A stretch of 64,000 bases of DNA from Podarcis cretensis (lineage: Eukaryota): contig OX638152.1 in NCBI GenBank assembly GCA_951804945.1, positions 41,912,001-41,976,000 of the forward strand, in the 5' to 3' direction. This document shows, in pieces, positions 26,462 through 37,577 of this stretch. The notes below the pieces were generated by a model. The model searched no databases, was not told the DNA's origin, and saw nothing but the letters and a program-made list of their open reading frames with translations. Every line of letters starts with the position of its first letter. The stretch's first letter is position 1. The position numbers were made by a program, and so were the translations under genes.

Positions 26462-27175
26462 TGGTGAGTAGAATACAGCAATATATACATGGCTACATTC
26501 CCACTAATCTGCATCAATAAAATTCGACCCATTCCAGCAAAATTCACACTTTTTCTATTGCCACACAGATCAAGAAACCAATTATGTAGTACTTTTTACT
26601 TTAAAATAATGTTGATTAGTATTACTATTTTCTATTAATTATTACTGTAAGATTGTTATTAACCATTAGTTCCATACAATTGTAGCACCAACAGCCAAAA
26701 TGGTTTCTATGTAGTTCTCACACATAACATGTGGCAGTGATAGAAAGAAGAAAAGCGGAATGCTACCATACAATGTAAAATGTATTTATTATACCTGAAG
26801 GTTAAAGAAATTAAAGTCAATGATTTGATTTACCAAACCAGAGGATCTATTTTCATATTAAAATACCAAGAGCTTTAGGTAGATGTAAACCATGTAATTT
26901 GCCTTATACAAATTACACAGAAGCTAATTTGGTCCAGTGAAAACCTTCCACAGAAGGGTGCCAGAATCCAAAGAACTATTTTAGACATACATACTCAAAA
27001 ACTTGAAGTTGCCCGGTGGAATTTTTTTACTTTACTTTTTACATCATTCAACACCAGACTCTCCTCCTCTCCCAATGCTGTATCACAAACTGTTTTTTGA
27101 GGATTCTGAGTTTGCTGTGTTTAAGAAACAAAATAAAATAATAATAATAATAATTTATTATTTATACCCCGCCCA

Positions 27176-29760
27176 AGGCAGGGTATAAATACGAATCCAA
27201 GGCAGACCTTTTAACATCACAGTAATCCAAGTTTATGCACCAACTACTGGTGCTGAAGAAACTGAAATTGACCAATTCTATGAAGACTTGCAACACCTTA
27301 TAGAAGTGACACCAAAGAAGGATGTTCTTCTCATTATAGGGGATTGGAATGCTAAAGTAGGGAGTCAAGAGATAAAAGGAACAACTGGCAAGTTTGGCCT
27401 TGGAGATCAAAACGAAGCAGGGCAAAGGCTAATAGAGTTCTGTCAAGAGAACAAGCTGGTCATCACAAACACGCTTTTCCAACAACACAAGAGACGACTC
27501 TACACATGGACATCACCAGATGGGCAGCATCGAAATCAGATTGATTATATTCTCTGCAGCCAAAGATGGAGAAGCTCTATACAGTCAGCAAAAACAAGAC
27601 CTGGAGCTGACTGTGGCTCAGATCATCAGCTTCTTATAGCAAAATTCAAGCTTAAACTGAAGAAAGTAGGAAAAACCACTGGGCCGGTAAGATACAATCT
27701 AAGTCAAATCCCTTATGAATACACAGTGGAAGTGAGGAACAGGTTTAAGGATTTAGATTTGGTGGACAGAGTGCCTGAAGAACTATGGATGGAGGCTCGT
27801 AACATTATACAGGAGGCAGCAACGAAAACCATCCCAATGAAAAGGAAATGCAAGAAAGCAAAGTGGCTGTCCAATGAGGCCTTACAAATAGCGGGGGAGA
27901 GAAGGCAAGCAAAATGCAAGGGAGATCGTGAAACATACAGGAAATTGAATGCAGATTTCCAAAGAATAGCAAGGAGAGACAAGAAGACCTTCTTAAACAA
28001 GCAATGCAAAGAAATAGAGGAAAGCAATAGAATGGGAAGAACCAGAGATCTGTTCAAGAAAATTGGAGATATGAAAGGAACATTTCGTACAAAGATTTCC
28101 ATAATAAAGGACAAAAGTGGAAAGGACCTAACAGAAGCAGAAGACATCAAGAAGAGGTGGCAAGAATACACAGAGGAATTATACCAGAAAGAAATGGATG
28201 TCTCATATACCCCAGGTAGTGTGGTTGCTGACCTTGAGCCAGACATCCTGGAGAGTGAAGTCAAATGGGCCTTAGAAAGCACTGAAAATAACAAGGCCAG
28301 TGGAAGTGATGGTATTCCAGCTGAACTATTTAAAATTTTAAAAGATGATGCTGTTAAGGTGCTACACTCAATATGCCAGCAAGTTTGGAAAACTCAGCAG
28401 TGGCCAGAAGATTGGAGAAGATCAGTCTACATCCCAATCCCAAAGAAGGGCAGTGCCAAAGAATGCTCCAACTATCGCACAATTGCACTAATTTCTCACG
28501 CTAGCAAGGTTATGCTTAAAATTCTACAAGGAAGGCTCAAGCAGTATGTGGACCGAGAACTCCCAGAAGTGCAAGCTGGATTTAGAAGAGGCAGAGGAAC
28601 CAGAGACCAAATTGCAAACATGCGCTGGATTATGGAGAAAGCTAGAGAGTTCCAGAAAAACATTTACTTCTGCTTCATTGACTATGCAAAAGCCTTTGAC
28701 TGTGTCGACCATGGCAAACTATGGCAAGTTCTTAAAGAAATGGGAGTGCCTGATCACCTCATCTGTCTCCTGAGAAATCTCTATGTGGGACAAGAAGCTA
28801 CAGTTAGAACTGGATATGGAACAACTGACTGGTTCAAAATTGGGAAAGGAGTACGACAAGGCTGCATTTTGTCTCCCTGCTTATTTAACTTATATGCAGA
28901 ATTCATCATGCGAAAGGCTGGGCTGGATGAATCCCTAGCCGGAATTAAGATTGCCGGAAGAAATATCAACAACCTCAGATATACAGATGACACAACCTTG
29001 ATGGCAGAAAGTGAGGAGGAATTAAAGAACCTTTTATTGAGGGTGAAAGAGGAGAGTGCAAAATATGGTCTGAAGCTCAACATCAAAAAAACGAAGATCA
29101 TGGCTACTGGTCCCATCACCTCCTGGCAAATAGAAGGGGAAGAAATGGAGGCAGTGAGAGATTTTACTTTCTTGGGCTCCATGATCACTGCAGATGGTGA
29201 CAGCAGCCACGAAATTAAAAGACGCCTGCTTCTTGGGAGAAGGGCAATGACAGGCCTAGACAGCATCTTGAGAAGTAGAGACATCACCTTGCCAACAAAG
29301 GTCCGTATAGTTAAAGCTATGGTTTTCCCAGTAGTGATGTATGGAAGTGAGAGCTGGACCATAAAGAAGGCTGATCGCGGGAGAATTGATGCTTTTGAAT
29401 TCTGGTGCTGGAGGAGACTCTTGAGAGTCCCATGGACTGCAAGAAGATCAAACCTCTCCATTCTGAAGGAAATCAGCCCTGAGTGCTCACTGGAAGGACA
29501 GATTGTGAAGCTGAGGCTCCAGTACTTTGGCCACCTCATGAGAAGAGAAGACTCCCTGGAGAAGACCCTGATGTTGGGAAAGATGGAGGGCACAAGGAGA
29601 AGGGGGCAACAGAGGACGAGATGGTTGGATAGTGTTTTCGAAAGGTTACCAGCATGAGTCTGACCAAGCTGCGGGGGGCAGTGGAGGACAGGAGTGCCCG
29701 GCGTTCTCTGGTCCATGGGGTCACGAAGAGTCGGACACGACTAAACGACTAAACAACAAC
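27176..29760 (+). mobile_element. BovB (RTE) LINE, 2.6 kb, 5'-truncated, inserted in an L2 tail
   Basis: 10-bp TSD ACCCCGCCCA (27166-27175, 29761-29770) and tail CTAAACGACTAAACAACAAC. Confidence 0.96.
27189..29657 (+). pseudogene. BovB ORF (partial APE endonuclease + reverse transcriptase)
   Basis: Open frame from 27189 (IRIQGRPFNITVIQVYAPT...GDWNAKVG...IDYIL...SDH; RT motifs QAGFR, FIDYAKAFD, GVRQGCILSP, YTDD). It lacks the N-terminus and has a frameshift near 29641. Confidence 0.93.
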
Positions 29761-30081
29761 ACCCCGCCCATCTGGCTGGGTTTCCCCAGCCACTCTGGGC
29801 GGCTTCCAAAATAATATTAAAATAGAATAGGACTAACTGTACATTTCCTTGAACCCCACCCTATGTTTGTGATCTTGACACATTTTCAGTCTGAATATTT
29901 ATATGCAACTACTTGAACTATGATGTTGGTAGGGATGAATAGCCACAGGTCCTATTAAAAAAAAAATACAGATAGACAGCATTCACATTTAAATGCTGTT
30001 TAAATAAAATGTACATTAGATGTACATCCAGTTGATACCTATGTTTGTTCATCCAGCAAGATATATGCATCCACAAAAGAC

Positions 30082-30122
<41 letters not shown>

Positions 30123-30555
30123 TTTTATTTATACCCCGCCCTCCCCAGCCAAGACTGGGCTCAGGGCGGTTAACAACTAATAATAAAAACAAGTTGATTA
30201 AAAAACAATTTAAAAGATTAAGATACAACATTAAAACATTAGGGTGCAGCCTCTTCACAGGAGGAGAAAGGAAAAAGAAAGGGGGGAGGGAATCAAACTG
30301 ATTCTAAGCCAAAGGCCAGGTGGAACGGAACAACTCTGTCTTACAGGCCCTGCCGAAAGAAATCAGATCCCGCAGGGCCCTGGTCTCACGAGACAGAGCA
30401 TTCCACTAGGCCGGAGCCAGTGTTGAGAAGGCCCTGGCTCTTGTTGAGGCTAATCTAACTTCCTTAGGGCCTGGGACCTCTAGGGTGTTGCTATACTGTA
30501 TATGGATCTTAAGGTCCTCCGTGGGGCATACCGGGAGAGGCGGTCCCATAGGTAC
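30082..30555 (-). mobile_element. L2 LINE 3' fragment with (AAT)n tail
   Basis: (AAT)13 then ATTTATACCCCGCCCTCCCCAGCC...GCATTCCACTAGGCCGGAGCCAG...GAGAAGGCCCTGGCTC. Confidence 0.75.
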
Positions 30556-31662
30556 ATATCTTCTTAGGTGGACTGGCAAATAAGAAATCAGTTTCCCCCC
30601 AAAAAATCTTGGGGATTTGGGGTGGGGAAGAATATTCACTTTTTGCTGTAATGCAAAGTTAACTTGAAAATTAACTACAAAAAATGTACAAAGCAATCTA
30701 TAAAATTACCTACAAAGCAGTCACTGAATAATTATTTCAATTATTTCAATTATCTAGAATCAAATAGCTAAGCAAGGACTAGTTTTAGAAATCATATTTA
30801 TATTCCTAGCACCATATATTCATTTACTCAATTCACTGAACTAGCATAGGGCAGTGAATCAGAAATCTCATTTGAACATGGGAAATCAAAATTCCTGGGC
30901 AAGCTGCCATCTCTCTGGCTATTATCTCCTAGGGTGCTTGAGAATTTGACTAGGTAACTATTCTAGAGTCTTCATGATAGTACATGAAAAAATCAGTTTA
31001 AAGAGTTTCTGAAACAGGGATTTATGTTCCCAGTTATGGAAATATAAGCAGTACCAGAGGGTCATTCCACGCCACATCACCTGGTGCCATGTGCTCTCAC
31101 GACTCAGATTTTCTTTTTAAAAAATTATGTGTAGATACCTATGAGATAACCTCAAATTTATTTTTTAAGTTTTTTGGTCCAAAATTGGGCACAAGATAAT
31201 TTTTTAAAAAAATTCAATTTTCGTGGGCTAATGCAATTTCTATGTCAGTTTAGAAAAAAAACCCTCCTGTTTCGCTTATTTTTCAACCAATTGGGCTTAT
31301 TTTGGTATCAAAATAAAGCTAATTGTGGTCTCTTTCAAAATAAGGTATAAAAATTGTATTGACACAGAATAGGGTCACTGACCATTCAAAGTGAATTTTT
31401 GTCATTTTATTCCCAGTAGATTCAATAAGCCATAGCGCGCAAACCACAACTAACACATGTATCACACTTGTTTTGTAGAATGGGCTAACCATGTACTTGT
31501 TATGTTTTAAAAATAAGGAGGGTATTTTTTGCGGTTATAAAATAAATTGATTTTGAAGTAATTTTTTTACAAAAAATAAAACTGTACAGGTTTAAGGTCG
31601 CTTTGAGTCTGAAATAACTCACACATTTGTGAGAATACTTAAAATTGTACCCTCTTATGTTA

Positions 31663-32048
31663 GGGATGCGGGTGGCGCTGTGCTCTAAACCACTGAGCCT
31701 CTTGGGCTTGCCGATCAGAAGGTTGGTGTTTCAAATCCCTGTGACGGGGTGAGCTCCCGTTGCTCAGTCCCAGCTCCTGCCAACCTAGCGGTATGAAAGC
31801 ACGCCAAAAAAGTACAAGTAGATAAATAGGTACCACTCCGGCAGGAAGGTAATTGGCATTTCCATGCACTGCTCTGGTTTCGGTGTTCCGTTGTGCCAGA
31901 AGCGGCTTAGTCATGCTGGCCACATGACCTGGAAAAACTGTCTGTGGACAAACACTGGCTCCCTCGGCCTTTAAATTGAGATGAGCGCCGCAACCCCAGA
32001 GTTGTCTGCGACTGGACTTAACTGTCAGGAGTTCTTTACCTTTACCGT
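31663..32048 (+). mobile_element. Sauria (Squam1) SINE
   Basis: tRNA-like head GGGATGCGGGTGGCGCTGTG, (ACCTTT)n tail, TSD TTATGTTA. Confidence 0.93.
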
Positions 32049-33131
32049 TTATGTTACAATGTCATCTGATATATTTTAAAAATTAAGTTTTATTATTTAA
32101 TAAAAACAAAATACATCTCAGAGCCCTTGTCTGTTTTATTGTTGTTGGGAAAGATCAGGAGGCCTGAGGCTCACTAGGCAACAGTACCCCAGCTATGGAG
32201 CACTCTCGTCTCCAGGCTTTGACTGGCACCAACCTTGAGTCTTTTTCAGCCCCAACTAAGACTCTCCTCTTCCACCAGGCTGTTTGGCATAGCCTTTATG
32301 TGCCCAAGTTTCTGCAAGTGCACTAGTTAACCAACTAGTCAGATTGATATATTTACTAGATGGAGGATTGATGCATTTTAAAGTGTATTCTATTTGGCTT
32401 TCTTTGTTTACTGTGTCTTGTGACTTGCTCCAAGATCACATGTGATGAGGGGTGGGATGTAAACCTTATAAACAAACTAAAAAATATATACTGGGAAAGA
32501 TGTTGTAGGAGACATCTTCCTCAATGAAGCAACCCCCTGCCCCCCACATCCCTGCTACAGGGAAAGGTAGTTGAACAGCAGAGGGTTGAAAAAACAGTTA
32601 AAGGAGAAAGACATGAGAATTGAATATCAGAACTGTCATAGAAAAGAAGTCTGCAGAGGGAAGTACCTGTCCCCACAGTGAAGTTCAAGTGAGATGGGTG
32701 GAAGAGCAATGAGCTGGTTGTCACTGTACTCTTCATGAAATACCCATGGGATAATCCCATACTATTTCATACTGGACACTGTCAGTCTTCTGTAGGAGAC
32801 TGTCATTCCACTCTCTACTTTGTTATTTTATCTTCTGCGCTTAGATCATGCTGTCATTGTATTCTGGACATCATTCTGATGTCATTTCAACAATGTACAT
32901 TATACTGTTTTTTCATTTTAATTTTAGGCATTTTCATTTACCCTGGGGACTGCAATCTTATTTTTCTTCATATTATCATTCCATTGCTACTCCTCTTTGG
33001 ATACTACCATCATTCCAAGGAGAATTATTTTGCTCTGAACACTACAGCAAAGGCTGGAGCTGGGAGAATCCATCATTCACCCCCCCCCCCAAATTTCCTT
33101 GCCTTCTACCTTCCCACTCTAAAAATTGCAA

Positions 33132-33885
33132 GTGCTGGTTTGACCTATAAAGCCTTAAATGGCTCAGGACGTTAATAACTCAAGGACCTCCTCATATGAA
33201 CTGATAAGGACCCAGCAATCATAATCTAAGGCCCTTCTTTGTGTGCCACAAGAGGTCTGTGGAGAGTGGCAACATGACAATGGGCCTTTTCTGCGGTGGC
33301 TACCCTTTTGTGGAATGCTCTTCCCAGGGAGGTTCGCCTGCCGCCTTCATTACGTATCTTCAGGTGCCAGACAAAAATGTTTTTCTATAACCAGCCCTTT
33401 GGCTGATTAACGTTCTATGGCTTTTTAAATGTGTTACTTTGTGAGGGGCTATTGGTTTGTTATTGCTGTAAGCCGCCTTGTGATCTTCAGATGAAGATGC
33501 ATATACAGTGGTGCCCCGCAAGACGAACGCCTCACAAGACGGAAAACCCGCTAGACGAAAGGGTTTTCCATTTTGGAGGCGCTTCACTAAACGAATTTCT
33601 CTATGGGGTTGCTTCGCAAGACGAAAAAATCTTGCGAGTCCCCGCGGGTTTTTTTCGCTCCCCCCCCCTTTCCTAAGCCGCTAAGCCGCTTATCAGCTGT
33701 TCCGCGGATAAGCCGCCTCTCAGCTGATCGCTAAAAGCCGCTAGACCGCTAATAGCGCTAATCCGCTAATCCGTCAATGGGCTTGCTTCGCAAGACGAAA
33801 AAACCGCTAGACGAAGAGAATCGCGGAACGGATTAATTTCGTCTTGCGAGGCACCACTGTACAAATTTAACAAATAAATAATAAA
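33132..33885 (+). mobile_element. L2 LINE 3' fragment interrupted by a MITE
   Basis: GTGCTGGTTTGACCTATAAAGCCTTAAATGGCTCAGG...TGTAAGCCGCCTTGTGATCTTCAGATGAAG...TA[MITE]TACAAATTTAACAAATAAATA. Confidence 0.75.
33506..33859 (-). mobile_element. Tc1/mariner-pogo MITE, family B
   Basis: TA|CAGTGGTGCCCCGCAAGACGAA...TTCGTCTTGCGAGGCACCACTG|TA, with internal CCGCTAA repeats. Confidence 0.9.
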
Positions 33886-35104
33886 ATTGTTTAACTTTGT
33901 ATTGTTCCTTCGAGGAAGTAGTTTGGGAGTGATACAGGGAGAGGTCTAAGATAAGGGAATATATTTTTCTGTAATTCCTATTAAATATTATGACAATGAA
34001 AGAAACTGGAGTCTGATGCTCCTGTCTTCCTTTTCTTTATGGTTTGTAAAAAGCAAGAGTTTAGTTTGTTGTAAGCAAAGCTTGTCAGTTAATAAAAGAA
34101 ATCTATGTTAAAGAAGTAAACCTTCCAAGGACCATCATTCCTATTGAGAAGCCTTGGCTGTCACAATAAAGCATGAACTTCATCGCTAGCCAAGGCACTC
34201 ATTCATCACATGTACCCATATCTCACCTTCTGTACAAGGAGTGGAGTTATTGTGGCTTTATATATGTTGCTGGCCTACATCCCCCATCATCCCTGACAAT
34301 TTGCCATGCCATCTAGGGTTGATGGGAAATGGAACTCAACAACATATAGATAGCATCAGTGTAAAACAAGGATGGAGATCCTGTGGCTATCTCACAGTAA
34401 ATACAGTGTGTGCTACCTACTGAAAACACAGTGTGGGGAACCAGAACTCAACACCATTAACAGTTGTTCCAATATGCTAAAAAAATAAAGAGCAAACTGT
34501 TGAAAGAAAATATGCGTGCCCACCTCTGTGGGTGCTCTAGAGATACTGACTCCAAAGAAACACATGTCTCTTCCTCTCTTATGTGTATGTGTTACTGCAG
34601 GAGTTGGTGAAATATCAAGCAGAAAGAACTACATCAGGAAAGATGCTACGAGTAGCAGAGTCAAAGCAACTCGCATATTTGACTTTATACAACTATTATG
34701 ATTTTAATAAATGCTGCAACTTCCAAACTGCTGCTGGTTGCCCAGTTTTACTGTTCTGAAATTACCTCTAATGTGAAAAGCTTTAGCAAGTAGAATTGAA
34801 CATAATGATTTTTACTTGGTTCATTGTTTCTGAAACTTATATATTTAAAGTAGTATTTAAGGTTTTTTTCTAAGCACTGAAGGCTCAAAACTTAAATGAA
34901 ATATCTAATGAGACAACAAAACAGCCTTGTATTTAAGCATTCGGTTGGTTGCCATGGGCACTTGGGAATTCCACATCCATTGGCTGTTAGATGATGACAA
35001 GATTATTCTATCCTTCCTTCACCATTTCGTTCAGCTTCCATGTTACCCATGAAGGAAAGCCCTTTCCTCCACAGCAGCAGGTTGTCAACAGCGTTCAAAA
35101 TTTG

Positions 35105-35425
35105 CCATGTGCCAGATGAATTTTGCACCTGGCTCTTGGCCACTTGTGACCAAGTGAAGATGCCCGGGTGCAATGATGGCGCCTAACGTCTACACCATCT
35201 GGAGGTGCATGCCTAGGGATCCTTGGATCTTCCCAGTTTTCACACACTAACAACACATCCTTTAGAAGTCTACCAATGATATTTTACCTGCACAATTAGA
35301 ACAACTTTCAGGAACCAAAAGGTCGTATTGAAAAATACGACTTTCAAGCCATCTAGCCCCAAAATGGCAACTAGACATTCCATTTTGGCGGCTGTAACCC
35401 CGCCACCTAACTTATATATCTAGTT
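35105..35425 (+). repeat. Unclassified old interspersed repeat (copy 2, internally shorter)
   Basis: Similar to 20945-21510. Confidence 0.65.
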
Positions 35426-35895
35426 TCTAATGCTGGTTGTCAAAGGAAAGATAAATTACTCTGTCCCTCCTTTGCCAGCCCAGTGTTCATCTTGGCTGTG
35501 GAGGAAATGCATTCTCTTCTTCAGCAGTCAGAACAGAAGCTGAGCGGCATGGCAAAGGAGAAACAGTGCATTCTGTTTTATCTTTGCCAGTCCACTCAGC
35601 TTCTGTCCTGGTCACAGAGGAATGAAGTGACCCATGACACAACTGCCAGCTTCCTATGATGGACACACAGGAGGCAAAGCCCTTTTCGGTGCACCCAGCA
35701 CAAACAACAAACAGGCTGTAGCAGGTAAACATTGCTCCTTATCTCTTCTCCCTGCCAGTTGTGTTTCTAGTATAGCTGCAAAACAAACAAACAAAAACAA
35801 ACAAAAACTCTAGTCTGATTTTTAATCATAGAAAAGGATGGAAGAATTCTTTTTAAGGCTAGTAACTTTTAGGGGCTCAATAATAATAATCATAA

Positions 35896-36120
35896 TACAA
35901 ACGCCTCAAGTTACAAACGCTTCAGGTTACAAACTCTGCTAACCTGGAAAAGTTACCTCGAGTTGAGAACTTTGCCCCAGGATAAGAATGGAAATCATGT
36001 GCCGGCAGCACAGCAGCAGCAAGAGGTCCCATTAGCGAAAGCACGCCTCTAGTTAAGAACAGTTTCAGGTTAAGAACGGACTTCCAGAACAAATTAAGTT
36101 CATAACTAGAGGTACCACTG
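35896..36120 (-). mobile_element. Tc1/mariner-pogo MITE family A (one end truncated)
   Basis: Ends GAGGTACCACTG|TA. Reverse complement of 36373-36615. Confidence 0.85.
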
Positions 36121-36372
36121 TAACTTGCAAGGTAGTAAGGGCTGGACAAGAGTTTCTCAAGGGCATGTTGCAATACTTAGGCAGTGAAGCTGGGTTGATG
36201 GACAATGATGCATTTTTGAAATGTTTCCTGTCCTTATGGTTGCAGCCTTTTAAAAAAATCCCACAGCTGTTTAGGAAAAATTACTGTAAGGCGGCAGCAA
36301 GTACAGCAGTTGCTCCAATATGTTGTTGTGTGAATAAGCAATTAATAACTTGCTTTTGCTCCTTCTTAAATA

Positions 36373-36615
36373 CAGTGGTACCTCGGGTTAAGTACTTAAT
36401 TTGTTCCGGAGGTCTGTTCTTAACCTGAAACTGTTCTTAACCTAAAGCACCACTTTAGCTAATGGGGCCTCCCGCTGCTGCCTCGCCACCGGAGCACAAT
36501 TTCTGTTCTCATCCTGAAGCAAAGTTCTTAACCCGAGGTAATATTTCTGGGTTAGCGGAGTCTGTAACCTGAAGCGTATGTAATCTGAAGCGTTATGTAA
36601 CCCGAGGTACCACTG
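36373..36615 (+). mobile_element. MITE family A
   Basis: TA|CAGTGGTACCTCGGGTTA...TAACCCGAGGTACCACTG|TA (perfect 18-bp TIR). Confidence 0.93.
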
Positions 36616-37079
36616 TATAGCAGTTTACACCACCTTTACCTGATCCCATGGCCTATTTAACGGCTCACTGTATGAAAATGGTAACATTGGGGATGTGGGC
36701 CAATAGCAAACTTCTTTTTAGAAAAAGAGCAGAAACATATTATCCACATTTCACTGTTAATTCATTGTATGGTTTTTGTTGCTGCTACCAAAAGTTACGA
36801 AACTTTACATTAAGCATTGTAGTAAAGAGAAGCTGATGACTCTAACTTGTCAATATTTCAGTCCATGTAAAAGGGGGAAACAGAAGACTTAAATCAAACA
36901 CGGTGATTTGGGGGGGGGGGGAAGAAGTCATATGCTAACATTTGTTCACTGATATTTAAAGTGCAAACTAGGATAGAATTAAAGTCTGCCATAAACCCCA
37001 TTACCTCCAATACTCAAAGATCACTAATTTTGCCTTATACTTTGTACAGTCGTACCTTCCTGCCGGAGTGGTGCCTATA

Positions 37080-37305
37080 CAGTGGTACCTCAGGTTAAGT
37101 ACTTAATTTGTTCCGGAGGTCCGTTCTTAACCTGAAACTGTTCTTAATCTGAAGCACCACTTTAGCTAATGGGGCCTCCTGCTGCCGCTGCACTGCCACT
37201 GCACGATTTCTGTTCTCATCCTGAAGCAAAGTTCTTAAACTGAGGTACTATTTCTGGGTTAGCGGAGTCTGTAACCTGAAGTGTATGTAACCTGAGGTAC
37301 CACCG
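37080..37305 (+). mobile_element. MITE family A
   Basis: TA|CAGTGGTACCTCAGGTTA...TAACCTGAGGTACCACCG|TA. Confidence 0.92.
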
Positions 37306-37360
37306 TACATCACATGTTCCAATGTGATGTACAGACCAGAATACTGCAACCTCAGCTATA

Positions 37361-37577
37361 CAGTGGTACCTCGGGTTAAGTACTTAATTCGTTCCGGAGG
37401 TCCGTTCTTAACCTGAAGCACCACTTTAACTAATGGGGCCTTCTGCTGCTGCCATAGCCCGATTTCTGTTCTTATCCTGAAGCAAAGTTCTTAACCTGAA
37501 GCACTATTTCTGGGTTAGCAGAGTGTGTAACCTGAAGCGTATGTAACCTGAAGCGTATGTAACCCGAGGTACCACTG
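37361..37577 (+). mobile_element. MITE family A
   Basis: TA|CAGTGGTACCTCGGGTTA...TAACCCGAGGTACCACTG|TA. Confidence 0.93.

Noticed and set aside
27713-29716. Long minus-strand ORFs (193 and 311 aa; also 17572-18141 and 51224-51598)
   Set aside because: Antisense shadows of BovB coding sequence.
31663-31745. tRNA-like A/B boxes (also at other SINE heads)
   Set aside because: SINE heads, not tRNA genes: no full cloverleaf, and they continue into a SINE body with a TSD.
35896-37577. Repeated CAGTGGTACCTC units as a CRISPR-like array
   Set aside because: They are inverted MITE termini with TA TSDs in eukaryotic DNA, with no regular spacers or cas genes.
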